Shown piece by piece: positions 56,879 through 64,000 of a DNA stretch of 64,000 nt; the stretch's first letter is position 1, and every line of letters begins with the position of its first letter. Source of the stretch: an uncultured Clostridia bacterium (GTDB lineage: Bacteria; Bacillota; Clostridia; Christensenellales; QALW01). A program made the position numbers and the translations under genes. The DNA lies in contig CAUDEY010000008.1 in assembly GCA_958448705.1 (NCBI GenBank), positions 7,323 to 71,322 on the forward strand, in the 5' to 3' direction. The notes beneath the pieces were generated by a model. It did no database searches. It was not told where the DNA came from and saw only the letters and a list, made by a program, of their open reading frames with translations.

Positions 56879-58833
56879 TTGCAAAAAGCGCCGGCTTCTG
56901 TTTTGGTGTGCAAAAGGCCGTAGAGGCGGTTGAAGGAGAATTGGGGAAACATGAAAATCTTTACACCTACGGAGAGATTATTCATAATCCGCAGGTGGTA
57001 GCAAATTTTAAAGAGAAAGGTGTTTTGCCGATTGAAGATCCCGGCGAGGCACAGGCGGGAGCTGTGATTATCCGCAGCCATGGTTCGCCGGAGGAAAAAA
57101 TAGAGCAGTTTCGTCAAAAAAAGCTTACAATTATTGATGCTACTTGTCCTTTTGTAAGAAGAATACAAAAAATTGTGCAAAAAGCTTTACAAAAAGGCGA
57201 ATTTATTGTTATAATAGGCGAGAGTAAACACCCGGAAGTTATAGGAATAAATGGTCATTGTCAAAATTCCGGTTTTGTAGTGAACAGCATCGCTGAAATA
57301 CAGCAGCTGCCGGATACGGAAAATTCGGTCTGTGTAGTAGCGCAGACGACTACCAGAAGGCAATTGTATGAAACACTGATACAGGCAGTAAAAGAGCGGT
57401 ATCCGCAAAAGCAGGTTACATTTTTTGATACGATCTGTGACGCCACCGCACAAAGGCAGGAAGAGGCTATGCGCCTGGCAAAGAATGTTGATGTTATGCT
57501 TGTGATCGGCGGGCGGCAAAGCTCTAATACTGCAAAGCTGTATAAAATATGTAAGGAATATTGTAAAAGGACCTATGCGGTTGAAACCGTGCAAGATGTT
57601 TCGGCCATAAAAACATATAATAACGATATCATAGGTGTAACCGCCGGTGCTTCCACCCCGGATTGGTTAATAAAGGAGGTTGTGGATAGAATGAGCGAAA
57701 ATGAAATTCTCGCAGAACAGGGCTTGAGTTTTGAGGAGGAGATGAACAAAACTCTGGTTAAAATTCGCCCCGGTCAGGTCATCAGGGGCAAGGTTATCTA
57801 TGTTAAAGACAATGAAGTCAGCGTAGATATAGGATATAAGGCAGATGGCTTAATTACGAAAGAGGAATTGACAGCCTCCGGTATGGAAAATCCTGCAGAG
57901 CTCTTTCATGAGGGCGATGATATCGATGTTGAAGTTGTTAAGGTCAATGATGGAAACGGAAATGTCATTCTTTCCAGAAAAAAAGTGGTTGCGCGCCTGG
58001 AGGCAGATAAAACCCTTGCAACAATTCAAAATGGTGAGATTTTTGAAGTAACCGTAGCCGAAGCCGTAAAAGGCGGGCTTACCGCCGATTATGACGGCGT
58101 AAGAGTTTTTATTCCCCGTTCGCAGATCCGCCCCAATGGTTTTGTGCGGGATGTTGATCGGTATGTAGGGCAGACGCTGCGCGTTCGTGCGATTGATATT
58201 GACTTGAAACGGCGTAAGGTCGTGGCAACGCATAGTGCAGTTGTAGCAGAGGAAAGAGAAGCGGCACTGGAGGCGGCATGGTCTAAATTGGAAGAGGGCG
58301 CTACTGTAAAGGGAATTGTCCGCAGATTGACCGATTTTGGCGCGTTTGTGGATTTAGGCGGCGTTGATGGGCTTGTACATATTGGAGATATTGCTTGGTA
58401 TCATATTAATAAACCTTCGGATATCCTCAGTGTGAACCAGGAGATCGAGGTAGTGATTCTTTCGTTAGATCGTGAAAAAGAGCGTATTTCTTTAGGATAT
58501 AAGCAGCTTCAGCCTAAGCCTTGGGATCATGCTGCAGAAAAATATCCGATTGACAGCATCGTAAAGGGAACGGTAGTTCGTATTACGTCCTTTGGGGCGT
58601 TTGTAGCGCTTGAGCCGGGAATCGACGGGTTGGTTCATATTTCGGAGGTTTCTAATAAATTTGTTTCTAAGGTAGAGGAAGCTGTTAAAGTAGGGCAGGA
58701 GATTGAAGCACTTGTATTGGATGTGGATCCTGAGGAGAAGCGTATTAGCCTTAGTATTAAAGCATTGCTTCAGGATGAAGCCGATGAAGAGCTGGATACC
58801 GAGCTGGAAGAGGTTGAAGCGACTGAAGAATAA
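56866..58833 (+). CDS. ispH: Fusion of 4-hydroxy-3-methylbut-2-enyl diphosphate reductase (IspH) and ribosomal protein S1 repeats
   Basis: The N-terminal LytB part is GFCFGVQKAV, IIDATCPFV. It is followed by four S1 motifs (..G.V..+T.FGAFVDLGGVDGLVHI..). This fusion is common in Clostridia. Confidence 0.9.
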   Translation: MRFLIAKSAGFCFGVQKAVEAVEGELGKHENLYTYGEIIHNPQVVANFKEKGVLPIEDPGEAQAGAVIIRSHGSPEEKIEQFRQKKLTIIDATCPFVRRIQKIVQKALQKGEFIVIIGESKHPEVIGINGHCQNSGFVVNSIAEIQQLPDTENSVCVVAQTTTRRQLYETLIQAVKERYPQKQVTFFDTICDATAQRQEEAMRLAKNVDVMLVIGGRQSSNTAKLYKICKEYCKRTYAVETVQDVSAIKTYNNDIIGVTAGASTPDWLIKEVVDRMSENEILAEQGLSFEEEMNKTLVKIRPGQVIRGKVIYVKDNEVSVDIGYKADGLITKEELTASGMENPAELFHEGDDIDVEVVKVNDGNGNVILSRKKVVARLEADKTLATIQNGEIFEVTVAEAVKGGLTADYDGVRVFIPRSQIRPNGFVRDVDRYVGQTLRVRAIDIDLKRRKVVATHSAVVAEEREAALEAAWSKLEEGATVKGIVRRLTDFGAFVDLGGVDGLVHIGDIAWYHINKPSDILSVNQEIEVVILSLDREKERISLGYKQLQPKPWDHAAEKYPIDSIVKGTVVRITSFGAFVALEPGIDGLVHISEVSNKFVSKVEEAVKVGQEIEALVLDVDPEEKRISLSIKALLQDEADEELDTELEEVEATEE

Positions 58834-58840
58834 GAGAAAG

Positions 58841-58867
58841 AAGCCGCAGCGGTCGCTGCGGCTTTTT
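58841..58867 (+). terminator. Rho-independent terminator
   Basis: AAGCCGCAGC-GGTC-GCTGCGGCTT, followed by TTT. Confidence 0.8.
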
Positions 58868-58935
58868 ACAAATTTCAGTCTGTGAAAAGGCGAAGAAGGA
58901 TATGCGCCAAATGTGTTTTGGAAGGAGATTTGCTG

Positions 58936-59130
58936 ATGGCAAAAATCAATAGGGAGTATCTGTTTAGGCTTTCCGCTATGGACGAAGAAGATGCCTTTGA
59001 TCCGGCAGATCTTTCACCGGAGGAATTGTTTGCGCTCAACAGGGAGGCCTCTGCGGCCTTTGTTGAGCAGTATAAGGCTTATTACGATGATATTAAAACA
59101 AGTGATAAATTACATAAGGAGGATTGGTAA
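58936..59130 (+). CDS. Hypothetical small acidic protein
   Basis: The ATG follows GAAGGAG with 8-nt spacing. 64 aa, no motif. Confidence 0.45.
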   Translation: MAKINREYLFRLSAMDEEDAFDPADLSPEELFALNREASAAFVEQYKAYYDDIKTSDKLHKEDW

Positions 59131-59131
59131 A

Positions 59132-59971
59132 ATGAATCTTTTTATGCGTTTTCCGGGGCATCGATCCAAAGTGCTGACATTGAGCTATGATGATGCGGTA
59201 GAGCAGGATATTCGGTTAATTAAGATTATGAAAGAACATGGCTTGAAGGGAACCTTTAATATCAATACCGGGAGCTTTGCACCGGAGGGCACAGTGTATT
59301 CCGCCGGGCAAATCCACCGCCGCATGACAAAGAAACAGGCTTATGAGCTTTACGCCGGCAGCGGCATGGAGGTTGCGGTGCATGCAGCGACGCACCCCTT
59401 TTTAGAGCAGCTGCCTTTGAATATGTGTACCCGAGAAGTGATGCAGGATCGGGAGAATATTGAAAAAATGTTCGGCACTATCTGCCGGGGAATGGCGTAT
59501 CCTTACGGTACTACAAGTGATGCTGTGGTGGAGATTCTTAAAAGCTGCGGGATTCTCTATTCCCGCACCACAGTAAGCAGCCGTAATTTTATGATTCCTG
59601 AGGATTGGCTTCGCCTTTCGGCAACCTGCCATCATGGGGATGTGCAGCTCATGGACCTTGCAGAAAAATTCTTGGCGGTAAATGAACCGTACAGGGCACC
59701 GAAGATGTTTTATCTTTGGGGACATAGCTATGAGTTTGATATGCATGAGAATTGGAATGTTATGGAACAGTTTGCTGAAAAAATGGGCGGCAGAGATGAT
59801 ATCTGGTATGCTACCAACATTGAAATCTTTGAATACATCGAGGCATTTCGTCTTTTGCGTGCTTCTAATGACGGAAAAATATTGTTTAATCCTACGGCAT
59901 ATACGCTGTATTTTAGTACAGGAACAGAGCACTTTGAGATTAAACCCGGTGAAACCCTGAAGCTTTTATAA
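59132..59971 (+). CDS. Polysaccharide deacetylase (CE4/NodB) family protein
   Basis: LTLSYDDAVEQD and HAATHP motifs. The ATG at 59132 follows AAGGAGGA. Confidence 0.8.
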   Translation: MNLFMRFPGHRSKVLTLSYDDAVEQDIRLIKIMKEHGLKGTFNINTGSFAPEGTVYSAGQIHRRMTKKQAYELYAGSGMEVAVHAATHPFLEQLPLNMCTREVMQDRENIEKMFGTICRGMAYPYGTTSDAVVEILKSCGILYSRTTVSSRNFMIPEDWLRLSATCHHGDVQLMDLAEKFLAVNEPYRAPKMFYLWGHSYEFDMHENWNVMEQFAEKMGGRDDIWYATNIEIFEYIEAFRLLRASNDGKILFNPTAYTLYFSTGTEHFEIKPGETLKLL

Positions 59972-59994
59972 AAAAGCAGGCATGGATGCCTGCT

Positions 59995-60633
59995 TTATAT
60001 ATTTTTTGGAAGCTCTGTATTTAAGGCGCCAAGATGACCGTTATACCCGCGTACGATGACCTTCCAGCAGCCCTGATCAAAGTCCACAACCGATATAGAA
60101 GCGTTGGATACCCAAGGGAATTTTTGCATATGATCGTAGGAACGGGAATTCCATACGGCTTCCATTGCCCGAATCGGCGTAGCATGTGTGGCAAGGCAAA
60201 TAGTTTTTCCGGAATTTTGATCGATGATGTTCATTACAGCAGTTTTTACACGGGAATACAGCTGCGCTACGGATTCTCCTTGCGGTAATATTGCCCTTCC
60301 GATATTCTGCGTCCAAATAGTATGCATTTGCGGATAGTCTTTGGCAATGGTATCAAAAGAACAGCTTTCCCAAAGACCGGCCGAAATTTCCCGCAGACCG
60401 CTGTTTTTATAAATAGGGCATGGCTGGCTCCGGGCGATTGCAAGGCCGGTGTAATAAGCCCGCTGTAGATCAGAGGCATAGACGGCATCAATTTTATACT
60501 TTTTTAATTCCTGTGCGGTAGCCTGCGCTTGCGCAACTCCTTTTTCTGTAAGAGCAAAATTACTGGAGCCCGCAAACAGGCGCAGTTGATTGGCCTGGCT
60601 TTCTCCGTGGCGGACAAAGATTAAACGCGTCAT
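59995..60633 (-). CDS. Histidine phosphatase (phosphoglycerate-mutase-like) family protein
   Basis: LIFVRHGESQAN (RHG motif) and ATHATPI. Confidence 0.85.
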   Translation of the reverse strand: MTRLIFVRHGESQANQLRLFAGSSNFALTEKGVAQAQATAQELKKYKIDAVYASDLQRAYYTGLAIARSQPCPIYKNSGLREISAGLWESCSFDTIAKDYPQMHTIWTQNIGRAILPQGESVAQLYSRVKTAVMNIIDQNSGKTICLATHATPIRAMEAVWNSRSYDHMQKFPWVSNASISVVDFDQGCWKVIVRGYNGHLGALNTELPKNI

Positions 60634-60771
60634 AAAAGCACCTTAAAAACAAAAAATCTATTAATACTATAGCATGTAAGCGGCTTTTTGAAAAGGGATT
60701 CTTTACAAATTATACTTTATTTTGCGTAAAAAGTAGTGTATAATATTGTTTGTTTTTAAGGAGGAATTGAG

Positions 60772-61308
60772 ATGGAAGAAATAAAACTGCAGGTAAGACA
60801 GGCATTATTAGAAGTTTTGAAAGCTGCTGACTTAAAAGAGAATGATTTATTTGTGGTAGGCTGCTCCTCCAGCGAGATTGTAGGGCAGAAGATCGGAAAA
60901 GGATCCAGCCTGGAAGCGGCCCAAGCTGTATTGGAAGGAATATATCCCATATTAAAGCAGCGGGGAATTTATCTTGCAGCACAGTGCTGCGAGCATTTAA
61001 ACCGTGCATTGGTTATTGAAAAAAAAGCAGCTGAAAAATTTGGTTATGAAACGGTTTGTGTAGTCCCTCAGCCTAAGGCCGGAGGCTCTTTTGCAACTGT
61101 GGCATACCGAAGTTTTGAAGAACCGGTAATGGTGGAGAGTATCCGTGCCCACGCAGGTATGGATATTGGCGGAACCTTAATTGGTATGCATTTAAAAGCG
61201 GTTGCGGTTCCGGTACGGGTTTCAGCAGACAGAATCGGTAAGGCTGTTTTGCTTTGCGCCAGAACCCGGCCAAAGTATATCGGCGGGGAAAGGGCAAAAT
61301 ATGAGTAG
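60772..61308 (+). CDS. TIGR01440/UPF0340 family protein
   Basis: LFVVGCSSSEIVGQKIGKGSS...CCEHLNRAL is the conserved UPF0340 pattern, from memory. Confidence 0.7.
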   Translation: MEEIKLQVRQALLEVLKAADLKENDLFVVGCSSSEIVGQKIGKGSSLEAAQAVLEGIYPILKQRGIYLAAQCCEHLNRALVIEKKAAEKFGYETVCVVPQPKAGGSFATVAYRSFEEPVMVESIRAHAGMDIGGTLIGMHLKAVAVPVRVSADRIGKAVLLCARTRPKYIGGERAKYE

Positions 61309-61385
61309 TTGTTTCTTGCGCGCTTGAAAGAGCCGGTATATCGGCTTGAATCGCAACAGTGCAGACGGAGAAGGAGCACACTTTT

Positions 61386-63281
61386 ATGGAACCGAGTTTT
61401 ATGCCGCCAAAGCATGCGGCAGCTGAAAAAAATAAAGAACCTTTGCCGAAGCATCTTAAAGAGGTTCCCCAATATTTGATTCGATTGATCAGTTCTTTCT
61501 TTTCAAGGCTCTTTTATATTTTTCGCCTGGTGTGGGAAACCAAGCCTTTAATTTTGATTTTGATGATTGCTGCAGCCGCAGCGAATGGTTTGCTTCCAAT
61601 CTTTGGGGCGTATATCAGCGCAGAGATCATCAATGCGCTTGCTGAAAATCTTTCTGGTCGTGCAGTAACGGCCGCAGCGATCGGTATGCTGTTTGGATAT
61701 CAGTTTCTCTATTTATTTCTTAACCGAATCGTGAATGATATCAATCATATGGTATCCAGTCTTTCGGGGGAGATGATTACCAATCACATTCGGCGGAAGA
61801 TCATGCAAAAGGCAAAAGAAATTGATGTTTCCTGTTTTGATCAGCCTGATTTTTATGAAAAATTGGAAAATGCAAACCGTGAAGCCGGAATGCGACCGGT
61901 ACAGGTGCTGAATTCTTCGCTTACAGTTATCAGTACTTTGATCAGTATGATCAGCTTTATTGCAGTGCTGGCGGCGATTGGTTTGTGGGCACCGTTTCTT
62001 GTGATCATATTGGCGGTACCGTCGGCGGTAATTAGTTTTATATACCGCAGAAAGACTGTAGGCTATATGCGCAGAAGATCGAAGGCAAGAAGGCAAATGA
62101 ATTATTATTCTGAGGCGGTGGTTGATAAGGATTTGGTGAAAGAGATTCGTCTGCTGGGAATCAGCGGCGATTTTGAAAAGCGGTATGACGCAGTATTTAA
62201 GGATTATTTTAAAGGGTTGAAGCGCATTATTCTTTCTGAAGGAGCTTGGAATATTGCGTTTGGGATCGTGCGGATTGCAACAAACTGCTTGTTGTTTTGG
62301 TTTATCGCGGCAATGGCATTGAATCATCAAATACAGGTGGGGGATTACGCGCTGTATACCGGTGCGTTGAATTCCATTGCTGTAGGCGTGGCCTCTCTTG
62401 TGAGCAGTACGGCGGTTATTTATGAGGGAACGCTGTTTATCGATAATCTGATTTCCTTTATGAAGCAGGAGAAAAAAATTATTGCGGAGGAGACTCCGCC
62501 GCTGCTGCCGGAACGGCATGTAGGGCATACGATTGAATTTAAAAATGTGAGCTTTCAGTATCCGCAAACGGAGCGCTATGTGCTTAAAAATGTGAATTTA
62601 AAATTTGAGGCAGGGGAGACAATCGTTCTTGTAGGCCTTAATGGTGCGGGAAAGACGACATTGATCAAATTACTGACCCGCCTTTATGATCCTACTGCAG
62701 GGCAAATTCTTTTAGACGGAAAAGATATCCGCCGATATGATGTGCAGGCGTTATATCATATTTTTGGCATTGTCTTTCAGGATTTTGGAAAATATGCTGT
62801 TACGGTAGAAGAAAATATTTTGTTTGGCAATATTCAGCAGGCACCGGATAAAGCGCGCGTAGAAGAGGCTGCCCGGCAAAGTGATTCTTTAGGATATATC
62901 CGGACTTTGCCGCAGGGCTTTGATACGCCGCTGATGCGTTACTTTGAAGAGAACGGCCTGGAACTTTCTATTGGACAATGGCAGAAGCTTGCTGTAGCCA
63001 GAGCTTTTTACGGGGACTCAGATATTCTGGTACTGGATGAGCCGACGGCTTCACTGGATGCTTTGGCCGAACAGGAGATTTATAATCAATTTGATCGGCT
63101 GCGCAAGGGCAAAACGACTATTTTTGTTTCACATCGCCTTTCCAGCGCGGTAGGGGCTGATCGGATTATTGTATTGGAAAACGGCAGTGTGATAGAAGAG
63201 GGAACCCATCGGCAACTGATGCAGCAGCAGGGGAAATATTATCAGATGTTTTCTACGCAGGCAAAGCGCTATAGAGAATGA
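61386..63281 (+). CDS. ABC exporter, fused permease/ATPase
   Basis: GLNGAGKTT, LSIGQWQKLAVARA, ILVLDEPT. The ATG at 61386 follows AAGGAG. Confidence 0.9.
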   Translation: MEPSFMPPKHAAAEKNKEPLPKHLKEVPQYLIRLISSFFSRLFYIFRLVWETKPLILILMIAAAAANGLLPIFGAYISAEIINALAENLSGRAVTAAAIGMLFGYQFLYLFLNRIVNDINHMVSSLSGEMITNHIRRKIMQKAKEIDVSCFDQPDFYEKLENANREAGMRPVQVLNSSLTVISTLISMISFIAVLAAIGLWAPFLVIILAVPSAVISFIYRRKTVGYMRRRSKARRQMNYYSEAVVDKDLVKEIRLLGISGDFEKRYDAVFKDYFKGLKRIILSEGAWNIAFGIVRIATNCLLFWFIAAMALNHQIQVGDYALYTGALNSIAVGVASLVSSTAVIYEGTLFIDNLISFMKQEKKIIAEETPPLLPERHVGHTIEFKNVSFQYPQTERYVLKNVNLKFEAGETIVLVGLNGAGKTTLIKLLTRLYDPTAGQILLDGKDIRRYDVQALYHIFGIVFQDFGKYAVTVEENILFGNIQQAPDKARVEEAARQSDSLGYIRTLPQGFDTPLMRYFEENGLELSIGQWQKLAVARAFYGDSDILVLDEPTASLDALAEQEIYNQFDRLRKGKTTIFVSHRLSSAVGADRIIVLENGSVIEEGTHRQLMQQQGKYYQMFSTQAKRYRE

Positions 63282-63338
63282 TGCTGTGCCAGGGATGAAG
63301 GCAGCCGGATAAAATTAAGTTTTGGTTTAAAAAAGCAG

Positions 63339-63492
63339 TTGACAGGCTATAACTTTTATAGTATGATCTATAAGCAAGCAGAAGCTACCCGCTTCTCACC
63401 TGTCAGCAATTGCGCTGCACATGGTTTCCTATAGGTGTTTTTTTGCGGGTGGTTTTGTGCTGTCCGCATTATTTTTTTTGGAGGTGTTCAAC
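63339..63492 (+). promoter_or_regulatory. infC promoter plus probable L20-type leader/attenuator
   Basis: The promoter is TTGACA, a 17-nt spacer, then TATGAT. It is followed by hairpins (AGAAGC-TACCC-GCTTCT) and a terminator-like TGCGG...CCGCA ending in ATTATTTTTTTT just before the GGAGGTG RBS. Confidence 0.45.
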
Positions 63493-63996
63493 ATCATAGA
63501 TTTAGCGATTAATGACGAAATCAGGGAGAAAGAAGTCCGCGTTATCGGTTCACAGGGGGAGCAGTTAGGGATCGTTCCTATTGACCAGGCGCTTCGGATG
63601 GCGGATCAGGCGGATTTGGATCTTTGCCTTATTTCACCTAAGGCGGTTCCGCCGGTGTGCAAGATAATGGATTACGGCAAGTATCGTTTTGAGGCGCAGA
63701 AGAAGGAGAAGGAATCACGTAAAAATCAGAAGATTATTGCGATGCATGAAATTCAGCTTTCCGCCACCATTGAAAAGCATGATATGGAGGTAAAGGCAAA
63801 AAAGGCTCGGGAATTCCTGAAGGACGGCGATCGTGTAAAGGTTTCTATTCGGTTTCGTGCCCGTCAGATTACACACCCTGAGATCGGTCACCAGATTATG
63901 TCGCTTTTTTGCGAAATGTTGAAGGATGACGCCAAAGTTGAGAAGAAACCCGCGCTGGAAGGGCGGAATCTTATCATGATAATGTCTGCAATTTAA
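63493..63996 (+). CDS. infC: Translation initiation factor IF-3 (probable non-AUG start)
   Basis: INDEIREKEVRVIGSQGEQLGIV...VPPVCKIMDYGKYRFE. The track's upstream ATG extension looks non-coding. ATC/ATA codons lie 6-9 nt after GGAGGTG, consistent with the known unusual infC starts. Confidence 0.85.
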   Translation: MIDLAINDEIREKEVRVIGSQGEQLGIVPIDQALRMADQADLDLCLISPKAVPPVCKIMDYGKYRFEAQKKEKESRKNQKIIAMHEIQLSATIEKHDMEVKAKKAREFLKDGDRVKVSIRFRARQITHPEIGHQIMSLFCEMLKDDAKVEKKPALEGRNLIMIMSAI

Positions 63997-64000
63997 AATT

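Noticed and set aside
1-64000. CRISPR arrays, rRNA genes, prophage structural modules
   Set aside because: I saw no regularly spaced direct repeats, no rRNA-like sequence, and no capsid, tail, terminase or portal-like ORFs. The mobile DNA is an integrative mobilisable type, not a phage.

Overview
This 64-kb window looks like a Clostridia-type Firmicute. That is an inference from ytfI/ytfJ sporulation genes, an IspH-S1 fusion, glycyl-radical enzymes and a Na+-decarboxylase. It splits into two halves.

Accessory half (nt 1 to ~27,100). This DNA is visibly AT-richer and contains, in order:
- A minus-strand integrative-mobilisable-element module: two tandem tyrosine recombinases, a MobL-type relaxase, a putative relaxosome accessory protein, a wHTH Rep-like protein and Xis.
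- A translationally coupled minus-strand defence operon: XRE, Mrr, Vsr, C5-MTase, a PLD/B3 R-protein and an SF2/Z1 N-protein. This is a CglI/NgoAVII-type ATP-dependent restriction system with a type IV enzyme bolted on. Two small unknown ORFs follow it.
- A divergently transcribed orphan 940-aa protein. Its first ~530 aa match nothing I recognise and its C-terminus is a Dda/RecD-type SF1 helicase. This is my best candidate for an undescribed single-gene defence system.
- A tRNA 3'-end fragment with its terminator (15,528-15,594), which looks like an attR.
- A mosaic, partly decayed second segment: a promoter-equipped minimal Pol-beta nucleotidyltransferase, recombinase and VOC gene remnants, a GNAT, a radical-SAM/SPASM pseudogene next to two intact ABC exporters, an RHH protein, and an ECF sigma / anti-sigma / secreted-protein module.

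Core half (nt ~27,100 to 64,000). This is GC-richer core genome, almost all on the + strand:
- rmlCBD with a SASA esterase and an FkbM methyltransferase, and a GH3 enzyme.
- A MacB-like ABC pair, Mrp/ApbC and birA-bioY.
- An uncharacterised short glycyl-radical enzyme, its activase, a GH36/Sip1-like enzyme and a DMT transporter.
- ytfIJ, a DD-carboxypeptidase and rluB.
- A split oxaloacetate-decarboxylase Na+ pump.
- RpiR, cmk, plsC, ispH-S1 and infC.

I found no CRISPR array, no rRNA and no intact tRNA. All family assignments come from motifs read by eye; no database search was run.
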